Virus record (IMG/VR): IMGVR_UViG_3300005805_000377
Location: 1 to 27,331 of that record
Reading direction: 5' to 3' (one strand)
Source of the DNA: a virus
Taxonomy: Duplodnaviria; Caudoviricetes
Length of the DNA: 27,331 nucleotides
Shown: positions 1 to 10,425 of the stretch, piece by piece
Numbering within the stretch: the stretch's first letter is position 1
How the letters are laid out: each line of letters starts with the position of its first letter
Program-made: the position numbers and the translations under genes
The notes under the pieces: model-generated
What the model saw: the letters and a program-made list of their open reading frames with translations, nothing else
What the model was told of the DNA's origin: nothing
The model's database searches: none

Positions 1-1
1 T

Positions 2-619
2 GCTACAAGTACTGCTGCTGCCCCCACGCCTGTAGCTGCTGCGCCAGCGCAGCGTGAGTTCTCACTAAAAACCATCGGGGAGGATATCCGTGCAGGGAGA
101 ATACCTAATCCTAATCCCGATCTTCCACTCGTCCTATTTGGGACTGGACCTGTTGGTCTTGCAAATCGTGCTTATCCTGCTATGCAGCAGTTCTTGCGAC
201 AGCGGACGATGGACGCTATGCGACAGAACCCCGCACGTCCGCCGTCGAACATGCTTAACCAAGCAGGTGAAGGCTTTGATGAAGCATTGGCTGCACGTAC
301 GCAAGCAGGACAGCGTTCTACTTACCGTGGTGAAGGAGTAGATGACTTCATTCAAGGTGGTAATGCACAGACTCCTGCGACCTCTGCTCCTGCATCGTCT
401 GTAAAGACGAACACGCCTATGTGGAAGGGAGAGAGTGATCCGTCCGCGCCGATGGGCGCACGGAACACTGCTACTCCACAAACTACACAATCTAACACTG
501 CTACTCCCCGCAGTGGTGGCAGTGCTGATACCGCTGGTGCTGGTGCTGCGATTAAACAATCGCTGACTAAGCGTAAGCAGATGGCTGCTAGTAAGAGTAC
601 ACGTAAGAGCAAGGACTAA
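2..619 (+). CDS. Hypothetical Ala/Thr/Pro-rich phage protein, 5'-truncated by the window edge
   Basis: The frame of ORF 182..619 is open back to position 2 (ATSTAAAPTPVAAAPAQREF...). Low-complexity sequence with a basic C-terminus. Its stop overlaps the next start (TAATG). Confidence 0.7.
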   Translation, partial: ATSTAAAPTPVAAAPAQREFSLKTIGEDIRAGRIPNPNPDLPLVLFGTGPVGLANRAYPAMQQFLRQRTMDAMRQNPARPPSNMLNQAGEGFDEALAARTQAGQRSTYRGEGVDDFIQGGNAQTPATSAPASSVKTNTPMWKGESDPSAPMGARNTATPQTTQSNTATPRSGGSADTAGAGAAIKQSLTKRKQMAASKSTRKSKD

Positions 620-1197
620 TGGCCAAGCTACCTGATGCTAACGAACCGTTACGGCTACCAGATGGGACAGTTGTTGTCCCATCGGTAGCTTCTACGTTTA
701 CACGTGTGGCTGTTCCATCGAATAGCCAAGCACAGCGGTTAGTGTCTAACACGCATCGTAAGTTAGCTGAGCTACCTGCACTGCCTAAGCAGTTGAATAG
801 CTATGCAGCTATCCTTGTCTACACAGCTAGTGGACTCTCTGATGCAGAGATCAGTGTAGCTACTAAGTTCACTGTAGAGCAGATTACTCTGCTCCGTGCA
901 CAGCCTGCATACTCGCAGTTAGAACAGTTCATCATTGAGACTGTGAAGCAGGAAGCTGCTACAGAGGTAAAGAGTATTCTACTCAATGGTGAGGTAAAGG
1001 CTGCTACACGTGTAGTCGAACTCATCGACAGTGAAGATGACAAGGTAGCATTAGCTGCTAGCAAAGACTTACTAGATCGTGGCGGACACAAGGCGGCAGA
1101 GAAGCTCGATATCCGTGCTGACATGCTCAATACATTCCGCATTGAGGTAGTGGACAAACGAGGCAATGTGCCTACTATTGATATGGAGACGTGCTAA
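619..1197 (+). CDS. Putative terminase small subunit (HTH-containing)
   Basis: 192 aa with an HTH-like segment (GLSDAEISVATKFTVEQI) and a C-terminal 'VALAASKDLLDRGG' motif typical of TerS-like proteins. Lies upstream of TerL, with AAGGA before the TAATG start. Confidence 0.6.
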   Translation: MAKLPDANEPLRLPDGTVVVPSVASTFTRVAVPSNSQAQRLVSNTHRKLAELPALPKQLNSYAAILVYTASGLSDAEISVATKFTVEQITLLRAQPAYSQLEQFIIETVKQEAATEVKSILLNGEVKAATRVVELIDSEDDKVALAASKDLLDRGGHKAAEKLDIRADMLNTFRIEVVDKRGNVPTIDMETC

Positions 1198-3443
1198 TGG
1201 CTACTGTCATTGACCTCGCATGGGGTGGTTCTGTTCCAGGGAATATGTCTATCCGACCGATTGATCCATCGTTGACGGATAACTTCCTTACTAGCGGTGC
1301 AGAATACTATGAACCGAAGCGTGACTTCAATGCTATCGGTGATGGTAGCACTGATGACAGTGTAGCAGTTAACCTCTGCATTGCAGCAGCATTGGCTGCG
1401 GGTCATCGTAAGATGGAGATTGCAGAGGAATACTACGTACCGACTATGAGCAAGGAAGCTGCTGATCTCATCTTCGTTGGTGATGGATCACTTGTTAGCT
1501 CTCCTGTACTCAAGCCTATCATCCCCAAGGATGCGTCACCGCCTCGTCCTCCATTGACTACATTCCGTGCTTCGCAGCATTGTCCTATGGGATCAATCGC
1601 AGCCGCACGTGGTGAAGTTACCATTGTACTAATGGGAGACTCTGTTTCCACACCGCAGGTTAATGGTGTATCGTTCATCGGTAATTTCCATGGTAAGCTG
1701 CGTGAAGCATTCGAGCGTGACAATCCTGGTGTAACCATTAACTGGTACAACCGTGGCATCGGTGGGATGAACTGGGACACGCTCCCAGATAACCACTTCG
1801 GTACTGTTGTGCAGCAGTGGTATGACGTTAATCAGCCATGGCTTGATTACGTCGAAGACTTAGCTCCTGATGTAGTCATTGTTAGCTGCGCACGCAATGG
1901 TGGCGTCAGCTTCCAGATGAAGCACATCCGTGATGCACTTGCTATTATGCAAGGGTGGGCGAAAGTGCCGGATATCATCATGACGAATAGCATTGGTGAG
2001 ACACAGACAGAGGCTACTACTTCAACAGTGCTCACTGCGGCGGAGACGCGCCAACGCTACATGTATGCTGCTGAGGGCATCCGCTCTTACGCATTAGCTA
2101 ATGGCTATGGACTCATTGACACTGAGACACAGTTCAGTCAACTGAACCTCGGCTTTGCACAAGAGAACCTTCCACTGCTCCGTGATGGTTCTATCATCGG
2201 TGAAGCTAATACTGGTAACTATGATGTAGTCATGCCATGGACAGCATCTGTGCCTGTCTACGGCTGGGGCGGCGCATTCCGTGTTGGTCTTGGTGACTGG
2301 ACTACCATGGGTAATGAGTTCTCATTCCAGATCGGCGGTGCGAAGTCTGATGAAGCCAAAGGTTGTCGCTTCTGGCTGAAGCGTGATGGCGGTACGTTTG
2401 AGATTTCATATCGTATTACAGTAAGCCGCACCGCTGAGGGTGGGTCTGAGGACTACACATTCGTAAATTGGACTGCTACAGGCGTTACATGCACTGAGTC
2501 ACAGTTCTTCTCCTTCACCTTCCATCAGCAAGGTTCACGTGTCTATCTAGGATACCTCACTCCTGGCAGCAGCCCTGCTACTCCTGTGAACATTGCGAAC
2601 AATGCGTACGCTATGTTCCATGGCTACGTACCGCGTTGTGGTGGGGAGTACACTCCTACGATTACATGCACCGCTGGTGCTGCATCTAACGTACTGACGT
2701 GGACAGGTGCCACGGATGAATACGCATCACTGACGCAGATGCTGCATCCTCGTGCATTGAATATGCCTGAACTCACAGACCGTGAGTTTGCATCACCTGA
2801 CATTGTTCCACTGCTCCCATGGGGAGGCGGTGGTCCGCACCAAGGCACACTTGCTGCTGAGCTAATCATCGAGCGTGCTATTCAGCTTAATGACTTCAGC
2901 TTTGCCACAGCAGACGCTGCACCATTAGGCATTCGTTCATCCTTCACTTCGTACTACACATCACCTGTGATCCTTCTGTCTGCTACGACTGCTGCAATGA
3001 TTGCTAATATATTGTATGCGCAGCCTATCAGACTGCCTAACTCCACCATTGATCGCATTGGGATCAATGTCACTACAGGTGCTGCTGGTGCCTGTCGTCT
3101 AGGCATTTATAGTAACAAAGACAACGGCACTAATGCTGGTATGCCAGATCAACTACTCGTTGACTGTGGCACAGTCGATACGACTAGCATCGCATTTGTA
3201 GAAGCTAGCTTCACCGCATTGAAGCTGTCTAGCCGTTTCGTCTGGCTAGTCGCAGTGTTTAATGCTACTCCGACTTGTACCATTGGTACAGGTGCTAACA
3301 CCGCACTACTCGGTGCATCTAGCGTCACTGGTGCGTCACGTGGACTACTTGGCACCTTCACATACGGAGCATTGCCTACTACGTCACCGACTATCACAGG
3401 CTTCGCAGCGCAGCCTCCTGTCATGTACGTTCGTAAGAGCTAA
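1197..3443 (+). CDS. Tailspike/virion-associated SGNH (GDSL) hydrolase-domain protein
   Basis: N-terminal 'FNAIGDGSTDDSVAV' motif seen at the start of tailspike domains. SGNH block I 'VLMGDSVS' and block II 'NRGIGG'. Beta-rich middle and C-terminal regions. Start placed at ATG 1197 (TAATG overlap, GGAG upstream) rather than GTG 1191. Confidence 0.65.
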   Translation: MATVIDLAWGGSVPGNMSIRPIDPSLTDNFLTSGAEYYEPKRDFNAIGDGSTDDSVAVNLCIAAALAAGHRKMEIAEEYYVPTMSKEAADLIFVGDGSLVSSPVLKPIIPKDASPPRPPLTTFRASQHCPMGSIAAARGEVTIVLMGDSVSTPQVNGVSFIGNFHGKLREAFERDNPGVTINWYNRGIGGMNWDTLPDNHFGTVVQQWYDVNQPWLDYVEDLAPDVVIVSCARNGGVSFQMKHIRDALAIMQGWAKVPDIIMTNSIGETQTEATTSTVLTAAETRQRYMYAAEGIRSYALANGYGLIDTETQFSQLNLGFAQENLPLLRDGSIIGEANTGNYDVVMPWTASVPVYGWGGAFRVGLGDWTTMGNEFSFQIGGAKSDEAKGCRFWLKRDGGTFEISYRITVSRTAEGGSEDYTFVNWTATGVTCTESQFFSFTFHQQGSRVYLGYLTPGSSPATPVNIANNAYAMFHGYVPRCGGEYTPTITCTAGAASNVLTWTGATDEYASLTQMLHPRALNMPELTDREFASPDIVPLLPWGGGGPHQGTLAAELIIERAIQLNDFSFATADAAPLGIRSSFTSYYTSPVILLSATTAAMIANILYAQPIRLPNSTIDRIGINVTTGAAGACRLGIYSNKDNGTNAGMPDQLLVDCGTVDTTSIAFVEASFTALKLSSRFVWLVAVFNATPTCTIGTGANTALLGASSVTGASRGLLGTFTYGALPTTSPTITGFAAQPPVMYVRKS

Positions 3444-5002
3444 TGGCTGGTACGTATAAGTTAATCTCTGGTAGTGCGGCTGAGGCATTCCACCTCAGTC
3501 GTAAGAAGATACGTCTCTACGGTGGTGGTTTTGCTAATGGCAAGACCACTGCCTTAGTAGCTGATGCACTGCGCATCGCACGGGATTACCCTGGTGCATC
3601 TATGATGCTCGGTCGTGCATCTTATCCTAAGTTAAACAGCACGCTACGTAGAGAGTTCTTCAAGTGGTGCCCTAGCTCATGGATCAAGTCCTTTAACAAA
3701 CAGGATAACACCTGCGTACTACGCAATGATACAATCATTGACTTCAGGTACATTGAACAACGTGGTGGCGCAGACGGAGAGTCTACTAGCAACTTGCTAT
3801 CGGCCAACTACGACTATGTAGGCATAGATCAGATCGAAGACCCTGAGATTACAGAGCATGACTTTGAGCAGTTACTAGGTCGTCTACGTGGTAACGCAGC
3901 ATACGCTGGTGACGATGATACCATGCCGTTGACTGGTCCACGGTACATGTCATTAACATGTAATCCCACCCTCGGTTGGGTGTACAAACGTCTAGTGAAG
4001 CCATTGCATGACTTACGTGCAGGACGGTTCAATCCTGATCTGATCTGTGAAGTAGACAATGATGGTAGACCTGTTCTAGTGAACGGTCAGCCTATTCCAC
4101 TAGTGGAAGTCTTTGAGGCATCCACGTATGAGAATGCGCAGAACCTCGAAGCAGATTACATTAAGACGCTAGAAGCAACATACCGCGGTAAGATGCGTGA
4201 CCGTTACCTACTAGGTAAGTGGGTAGCATTCGATGGTGTCGTCTATGACGAGTTCGATGAAGCTGTGCATGTCATTGCACATGATACACTCGTACGACAC
4301 ATCGCTGATCTACGTCAGGAAGGTTATCGTTTAACAATCATTGAAGGCTACGACTTAGGCATCACTGCTCCGTCATGTTACTTACTTGCGTTAGTAGATG
4401 CACTTGGCATTACCTACGTTGTAGGTGGGTTCTATGAACGTGACATGGGCATTGGTGCGCAGGCTGATGCAATCAACACACTCCGTGCGGAGTTAGCTGG
4501 TCCTGAGCTTATCGTCCGTGACACTGAGCCAGAAGTGTTAGCTGATCCAGCTATCTTCCGTCGTACCAACGCAGGACAGGTTACAGGACAGACTACAGCT
4601 GCAATGTTTGTAGACAATGGCATTCGTATGCGTAGAGGCAACAATGCCATTCTCAATGGCATCATTAAGGTGAAGCAACACTTACACATCCGTGAGACTG
4701 TACTCAATCCATTCACACATGGCTACGGTTGTCCATCACTGTTTGTCAGTGATAAGCTCACATGGTTCCATGATGAGATGTCTACATGGCGATGGAAGCG
4801 TGGTAAGGATGACACTGCTATCGACATGCCAGTGGACATGAACAACCATGCCATGGATGCTTTAAAGTATATGTTGACTGACACGCCACAGCCGGGTACA
4901 TTAATAACGACTACTAGAAGGCCACTGCCTCCTAAGCTCCGCATGTGGAATGAGATGGAAGCAGCTACTGTAGATAACAGATCACATAGGTACATGCGAT
5001 GA
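3443..5002 (+). CDS. terL: Terminase large subunit
   Basis: Walker A 'YGGGFANGKT', Walker B-like 'YVGIDQIE', coupling motif 'LTCNP', RNase H-like nuclease motifs 'GYDLG' and 'NNHAMDALKY'. Confidence 0.93.
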   Translation: MAGTYKLISGSAAEAFHLSRKKIRLYGGGFANGKTTALVADALRIARDYPGASMMLGRASYPKLNSTLRREFFKWCPSSWIKSFNKQDNTCVLRNDTIIDFRYIEQRGGADGESTSNLLSANYDYVGIDQIEDPEITEHDFEQLLGRLRGNAAYAGDDDTMPLTGPRYMSLTCNPTLGWVYKRLVKPLHDLRAGRFNPDLICEVDNDGRPVLVNGQPIPLVEVFEASTYENAQNLEADYIKTLEATYRGKMRDRYLLGKWVAFDGVVYDEFDEAVHVIAHDTLVRHIADLRQEGYRLTIIEGYDLGITAPSCYLLALVDALGITYVVGGFYERDMGIGAQADAINTLRAELAGPELIVRDTEPEVLADPAIFRRTNAGQVTGQTTAAMFVDNGIRMRRGNNAILNGIIKVKQHLHIRETVLNPFTHGYGCPSLFVSDKLTWFHDEMSTWRWKRGKDDTAIDMPVDMNNHAMDALKYMLTDTPQPGTLITTTRRPLPPKLRMWNEMEAATVDNRSHRYMR

Positions 5003-7182
5003 GCGACACACTTCCTCAACCGATTGAACGTGCATTAGATGCAGAGGCTCCCATCGCACCTGTTGACGCAGGTGAGCCAATGTATCGCATTGATCCAAGC
5101 AGCAAGGTGCCTGTTAGTAAACAGCATGGTAAGCTGTGGAAAGGTCGCATAGCTGCTGCACGTTCTGCACGTAAGGTGCATGAGGAAGCATGGGACGAGT
5201 CTATCCGTTACTACAATAACAATCAGCTAGAGCACCGTGAAGGTCGCGATAGCATGAGTGGTAACAGATACTACTCTAAGCGTCGTAACAACAAGTGGTC
5301 TGAGACAGAGAACATTGTCTACGCCAATGTGCGTGCAATGATGCCTGCATTGTATGCGAAGAACCCTCAAGCAGAGTTTACCACTCCTAATGAGGACATG
5401 AAGGACTTCGTACAGCAGGTAGAAGATGTAGTCAATGCTCTCGCAGGACGTAAGCACGCACCTGGGCTGAATTTGAAGACACATGCTAAGCAGGCTGTAC
5501 TAGCTGCTGAGCTGTGCAACCTCGGTTGGATGGAATACGGTTACACTCTACGTCAGCAATCCATCCTTGCCGCGCAGGATGACATTCAACGCCTATCGAC
5601 TGAACTAGCCGATGCTAAAGACACTAAGACTATCCGTGAAGTAGAAGGACAGCTACTCGCATTGGAGGAAGAATTAGATGTTCTTACGCCACCAGGACCG
5701 TTTGTCAAGTATCGTACGCCACAGGATGTACTCGTCGATGCGGATGCGTCGATGCCAGATTACAGTGATGCGAAATGGATGGCTATTCGTGAGATTTACC
5801 CCACTGCGTACCTGAATGCACGGTATGGTAAGAAGGGTGAAGATGGACAAGTCATGTCCTTGTACGAGCCTACGCATGTGCTGCTAGGTGACGCATCAGG
5901 TGATGATGACATTAAGAACTTTAAGCTGTTCGAGACAGATGCGTCTGCTCATCAGTACGGTTACGAGAGTAAAGCGCAGCTAGAGAAAGCACAGCGCACC
6001 ATGTGCTGGCGCATCTGGGATCGCATTACACGACGAGTGTACTTGTACACTGATAACCGTTGGGACTGGCCTATTTGGGCAGAGAATGATCCGTACATGC
6101 TGCCTGGGTTCTTTCCACTCACGGCATTAGTGTTCAACACTACTGTCGTAGGTGCATTAGCTCATAGCAATGTCACGTACTACCTAGATCAGCAGGATGC
6201 GATCAATGAGATACACGATGAATTCCGTCGTGCTAGGCAGGACGTGAAGGAGAACATCCTTTACAACAACAAGTTTAACCGTGATAGCGTCATTGCATGG
6301 CTCACTGGTGGTGGACCTAACGCTGTAGGTGTGGAAGTACCAGAAGGTACTAACATGCGTGACATGATCGTAGAGAAGCCTAACAGTATGTTAAAGGCTA
6401 TGCAGCTATTCGATCTGCAACGTCCATTCCAATCCATTGATCGTGTCAGTGGCGTCTCTGACGTTATGCGTAACGTACAGTTCAAGACGAACACGACTAA
6501 CAAGGCTATTGAGAACTACAATAGTGGCACTGCACTACGCTTAGACGAGAAGATCGACGCTATCGAAGATGCGTTAGGCATTGTACTGTACAACATCGGT
6601 TACCTCTGTGCGCAATTCATGGAAGCTGATGCAGTCCGTGCATTGATCGGTGCTAAACGTTCTATGAACTGGCAACCACGTGTGCCAGAGGAACTGCGTG
6701 ATATGTTCCAGTGTCAAACTGTAGGAGGTTCTACACAGAAGCCTACTAGTGCTGGTAAGAAGCAGCAGGCATTAGAAATGTCTGAGATACTTGGTAAGCT
6801 GGCACAGTTTGCACCTAGCGTTGTCATTGAGACAATCCTTACTATCCTCGAAGAAGCGTTCGACGAACTTAACCTCCCTGCGGATGCGTTTGAACGCATG
6901 AAGGAGGAAGTTGTAGTTGCAATGCAGAGGGGGAATAGCACACAAGGTGCTGGTGGTGGTGAAGGAGCTACTGCTCCGACTTCACCGACTGGTGCTCCAT
7001 CACCACAAGGTGGTGGTGGAATGGCACTAGAAGAATTGGCTGCAATGATTGACGCATTGCCGCCGCAAGCAAAGGTCGCACTTGGTGAGATACTTGCTAA
7101 GGGCGTACCTGTAGCTGAGGCTTTGCCTGAGGTACTCAGCATGGTTCAACAAGGCAACACTACAGCAAATGGAATGATGTAA
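4999..7182 (+). CDS. Portal protein
   Basis: 727 aa directly after TerL and before scaffold/MCP. Helical podoviral-portal-like size with a low-complexity C-terminal tail. Confidence 0.8.
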   Translation: MSDTLPQPIERALDAEAPIAPVDAGEPMYRIDPSSKVPVSKQHGKLWKGRIAAARSARKVHEEAWDESIRYYNNNQLEHREGRDSMSGNRYYSKRRNNKWSETENIVYANVRAMMPALYAKNPQAEFTTPNEDMKDFVQQVEDVVNALAGRKHAPGLNLKTHAKQAVLAAELCNLGWMEYGYTLRQQSILAAQDDIQRLSTELADAKDTKTIREVEGQLLALEEELDVLTPPGPFVKYRTPQDVLVDADASMPDYSDAKWMAIREIYPTAYLNARYGKKGEDGQVMSLYEPTHVLLGDASGDDDIKNFKLFETDASAHQYGYESKAQLEKAQRTMCWRIWDRITRRVYLYTDNRWDWPIWAENDPYMLPGFFPLTALVFNTTVVGALAHSNVTYYLDQQDAINEIHDEFRRARQDVKENILYNNKFNRDSVIAWLTGGGPNAVGVEVPEGTNMRDMIVEKPNSMLKAMQLFDLQRPFQSIDRVSGVSDVMRNVQFKTNTTNKAIENYNSGTALRLDEKIDAIEDALGIVLYNIGYLCAQFMEADAVRALIGAKRSMNWQPRVPEELRDMFQCQTVGGSTQKPTSAGKKQQALEMSEILGKLAQFAPSVVIETILTILEEAFDELNLPADAFERMKEEVVVAMQRGNSTQGAGGGEGATAPTSPTGAPSPQGGGGMALEELAAMIDALPPQAKVALGEILAKGVPVAEALPEVLSMVQQGNTTANGMM

Positions 7183-7184
7183 CA

Positions 7185-8315
7185 ATGAGTGAAACACTCG
7201 AAGCACGCGTTGACCGTATGTTTGGATTAGAAGCGCAGGATGACACTGCTACTACTAGCACAACTACGGAGACGGATAATGTCAGTACGGAAGGTCAGGA
7301 ACAGGCCACTACAGGTGCGTCAGCAGTCGCAGGGAGCAGCAATCAGAGCACGACCGCTACTCCTGGATCAGACAAGTCAGCAACTGGCGCTGTCACTGGA
7401 ACTGACGCTAGCAAAGAACACGCAGCCGAGCGGCAAGTTGTTAAAGCCTACACACCGGGCCGCCAGCGTCTACCTGCCGACGCAGAAGGCAACCTAGTTG
7501 ATCCTGCTACGGGACGTATTGTTGCCAAAGCAGGTAACGAGCGTGCTCTATACGAGTCTGCGCGTAACTTCCATACACAGATGCAACAGCATCGTGGACA
7601 AGCGGAGACACTACAGCGTGAGTTAGACAAGACTACTGCCCACCTTACTGCGTTCCGTGAAGCTGCACAGCTTCCTACGCAGCTAGGACTACAGCCTCAG
7701 GAAGTGACTACTGCCATGCAATTCATGGCGCACTTTAAGGCAAATCCCGTCGAGGCAGCGAAGAAGGTCTTGACAGAGGTACTAGCCCTGGGGCATAATC
7801 TAGAGGACCTTAAAGGGTCTGTAGACATGGCCGCTATTCAGCGCATGATACAGACAGAAGTTGCACCGTTTAAGCAGAACCTGTCTACGCAGCAGCAGCA
7901 GTTAGAACAACAGCAGCAGTTGCAGCAGTTTCAAGCACAAGCGGATAGAGAACTAGAGGAACTGTTTGACACGTTCCCTTGGGCCGAGCAACAACAGGTT
8001 GAACTCCAACGTGTATTAGAAGCTGACGAGCGGTTACCACTGCGCGAAGCTACATTGATGCTTCAAGCCTGGGCGTACAAGAACGGTTATGATCTTAACC
8101 GTCCTCTCTCAGCACAGCATGAAGCAGCAGCGACCCGTCAGCCGCAACAGCAGCAACAGCCGCAGCGTATGAACGCAGCACAGGTTGTCGCTCCTAGCGG
8201 TTCGACTAATGGCACTGTAGTTCCACGTGTGAACACAGCAGTTAACCATGATCGCAGTATGCGAGACATTGTTAGCGAAACGCTGCGTGAACACGGCATC
8301 AACGTTAACCGCTAA
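7185..8315 (+). CDS. Putative capsid scaffolding protein
   Basis: Lies between portal and MCP. Disordered T/S/E-rich N-terminus and Q-rich coiled-coil segments. Confidence 0.65.
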   Translation: MSETLEARVDRMFGLEAQDDTATTSTTTETDNVSTEGQEQATTGASAVAGSSNQSTTATPGSDKSATGAVTGTDASKEHAAERQVVKAYTPGRQRLPADAEGNLVDPATGRIVAKAGNERALYESARNFHTQMQQHRGQAETLQRELDKTTAHLTAFREAAQLPTQLGLQPQEVTTAMQFMAHFKANPVEAAKKVLTEVLALGHNLEDLKGSVDMAAIQRMIQTEVAPFKQNLSTQQQQLEQQQQLQQFQAQADRELEELFDTFPWAEQQQVELQRVLEADERLPLREATLMLQAWAYKNGYDLNRPLSAQHEAAATRQPQQQQQPQRMNAAQVVAPSGSTNGTVVPRVNTAVNHDRSMRDIVSETLREHGINVNR

Positions 8316-8327
8316 TAGGTAGCAACA

Positions 8328-9302
8328 ATGATTAACACTTCTTTAGCTGCTAATGGTACTCTCGATACCATTGTGCATTCCATGCTGGACAAGTCCCGTC
8401 GTAAGCTCATCATGGCTAGTATTAAGAGCAACGCTCTTATGGCCTGGGCCTTTGCGACTGAACGTGTCGAGACCGAGGATGGTGGTGCTAACATCACCAA
8501 TCCTATTACAATGAGTCGTAATCCTAACGTCGCATCGTATCAGTACTACGATGAACTGCCTGTTGCGCAGACGAGTGAGTTCAGCACGATTGGTTACGGC
8601 TGGTCGCGTGTTGCAGGCTCACTGATTATCAGCGATCAGGAAGTGGACGAGAACACTGGTGAAGCTGCGTTGTTCAAGCTGCTCACTGCTAAGCTCGATG
8701 TGCTTGAAGAAAGCATCGGTGAGAAGTTCAGTGAGTACCTCTACGGCGCTGGCGCTGGTGTCGATCCTCTCGGATTGGAAGCTCTCATCCCTGATGATCC
8801 TACCACTGGCACGCTTGGTGGCATGAACCGTGGTACGGAAGTGCAGTGGCGTCCGTCTGCGTACGACTTCGCTGGTGGCCTTGATGCTACGAACATCGAA
8901 GAAGCCTTTGATGACGTGCTCATGGATTTGAAGTTGAAGACTGACAAGCCTGATCTGATCCTCATTGGACGCAATCTTATCCGTTCGTACCGTCAGGCTG
9001 TGCGTGATAAGGTTATGATCCCACTGGATCAGAGCAAGAAAGGCAAGGGCATGTATGACCTTGGCTTTGAGGGTGTCACGCACAATGGCATCCCCATGCT
9101 CTACGACGAAGACTGTAACGTTGATAAGGCGTACTTCATCAACAGCAAGTATCTGCGTATGCACATCCTCAAGGGTGTGAACATGCGTGTGAAGAACCTT
9201 GTTGCTCCATGGGCCATTGATGCTATCGGCAAGCGAGTCGTGTGGCAGGGTAACTTCTGCTCTTGGCGTCAGTTCCGTACGCACGCCGTTGTGATGAACT
9301 AA
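8328..9302 (+). CDS. Major capsid protein
   Basis: 324 aa after the scaffold. Segments 'GGANITNPI', 'WSRVAGSLIISDQEVDENTGEAALFKLL' and 'YFINSKYL' resemble podoviral major capsid proteins. Confidence 0.85.
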   Translation: MINTSLAANGTLDTIVHSMLDKSRRKLIMASIKSNALMAWAFATERVETEDGGANITNPITMSRNPNVASYQYYDELPVAQTSEFSTIGYGWSRVAGSLIISDQEVDENTGEAALFKLLTAKLDVLEESIGEKFSEYLYGAGAGVDPLGLEALIPDDPTTGTLGGMNRGTEVQWRPSAYDFAGGLDATNIEEAFDDVLMDLKLKTDKPDLILIGRNLIRSYRQAVRDKVMIPLDQSKKGKGMYDLGFEGVTHNGIPMLYDEDCNVDKAYFINSKYLRMHILKGVNMRVKNLVAPWAIDAIGKRVVWQGNFCSWRQFRTHAVVMN

Positions 9303-9314
9303 GGAGTACAGCAC

Positions 9315-9653
9315 ATGGCATTGAGTAAGAAGTTTCAGATTGAAGTAGTCAAGGACCGCGAGCTTACGTCTACTGTCTATACCACTGTTAAGGGTAAGGA
9401 TGGTAAGCACCTTGGCATGAAGTCTGAGCAAGTCAGCCGACTTGTTCCTGAGAGCTTCATGGTCTACTTCCCTGGTGGACACAGTGTGTGGTTCGAGACG
9501 CGTGCTAAGATGGCTGCTGCTGGCATCCTTGAACATGCGAATGAGGAAATTGACCTAGAGACTGGTGAGCCTGTGCGTGCACCGGACTATGTTGATCTTA
9601 AATCACTCGTGGGCAAGCGTACGCAGCAGCCTGCTATGTTAAGGAGTTTGTAA
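9315..9653 (+). CDS. Hypothetical protein downstream of MCP
   Basis: 112 aa ORF with a strong SD (AAGGAG) 8 nt before the ATG. Confidence 0.75.
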   Translation: MALSKKFQIEVVKDRELTSTVYTTVKGKDGKHLGMKSEQVSRLVPESFMVYFPGGHSVWFETRAKMAAAGILEHANEEIDLETGEPVRAPDYVDLKSLVGKRTQQPAMLRSL

Positions 9654-9654
9654 G

Positions 9655-10344
9655 ATGACGCGTCGTGTTGCTTCATTCTGGCCGCAGCGTGTGAACAATT
9701 GGTTCAACCATGCGGTGATCGGTTCGTTCGGCGCTGTTGGCTCTCCTGACATTGCTGTCATGGACATTGGTGTGCTGAATGCACTCGATTTCAATGGCAT
9801 CCTTGCTGCTAATAGCATCGCCACTGCTGGTATGACTACCACATTTGCTTCTACGTACACGGGTAGTCTAGCGCAGTGGGGCATGTATGGTCGTAACGTC
9901 ACTGTCCGTGCATCTGGTGCCGCTACGACTTTAGTTCGCGTGCAGGGCCGTGACTACATGGGCCAGCCCATGACGGAAGCATTGACGCTGAATGGTACGA
10001 CTACCGTTCAGGGCGTTAGAGCGTTCCGTTACATCGACCGTGTGAGCTGGGAGGCTACAGCTGCTACGACTATCGACGTTGGCTGGGGCAACTACCTCGG
10101 TGTGCCGTATCGCAGCTTGTTGCTGGTTGCGGAGGTGAAGAATAACACTGCCGCAGCTAATGCTGGTGCGTTGACCTCGGGCCTTCCTGTCACTTCTACC
10201 GCAAATGCGACTAACGCTGACCCTCGTGGTCTGTACCTGCCTTCGACTGTTATCCCCAATGGCAGCGTTAACTTTGTTATCCGCTGTATTGTGGACAAGA
10301 CCCACCTGTACGGTGTTCAGCATTACTTCACTCTGCTGACCTAA
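9655..10344 (+). CDS. Putative virion structural protein (capsid decoration-like)
   Basis: 229 aa, Ala/Thr/Gly-rich and beta-rich, with AAGGAG SD. Lies before the terminator that closes the capsid cluster. Confidence 0.55.
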   Translation: MTRRVASFWPQRVNNWFNHAVIGSFGAVGSPDIAVMDIGVLNALDFNGILAANSIATAGMTTTFASTYTGSLAQWGMYGRNVTVRASGAATTLVRVQGRDYMGQPMTEALTLNGTTTVQGVRAFRYIDRVSWEATAATTIDVGWGNYLGVPYRSLLLVAEVKNNTAAANAGALTSGLPVTSTANATNADPRGLYLPSTVIPNGSVNFVIRCIVDKTHLYGVQHYFTLLT

Positions 10345-10367
10345 GTAGGTAGGTGCTGTAGTAACTT

Positions 10368-10400
10368 GCTCCACTGTGTCATACACAGTGGAGCCTTTTT
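10368..10400 (+). terminator. Rho-independent terminator after the capsid cluster
   Basis: GCTCCACTGTGT-CAT-ACACAGTGGAGC is a perfect 12-bp stem followed by CTTTTT. Confidence 0.85.
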
Positions 10401-10425
10401 CGTAAGTAGAGTGTAGGAGTATAGC

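Noticed and set aside
7880-8170. CAG-rich repeats
   Set aside because: They encode poly-Gln tracts of the scaffold-like protein and are not an independent repeat element.
8619-9536. 305-aa minus-strand ORF opposite the major capsid gene
   Set aside because: Antisense shadow of a codon-biased gene with no recognisable motifs. The same applies to the other short opposite-strand and overlapping ORFs in the track.
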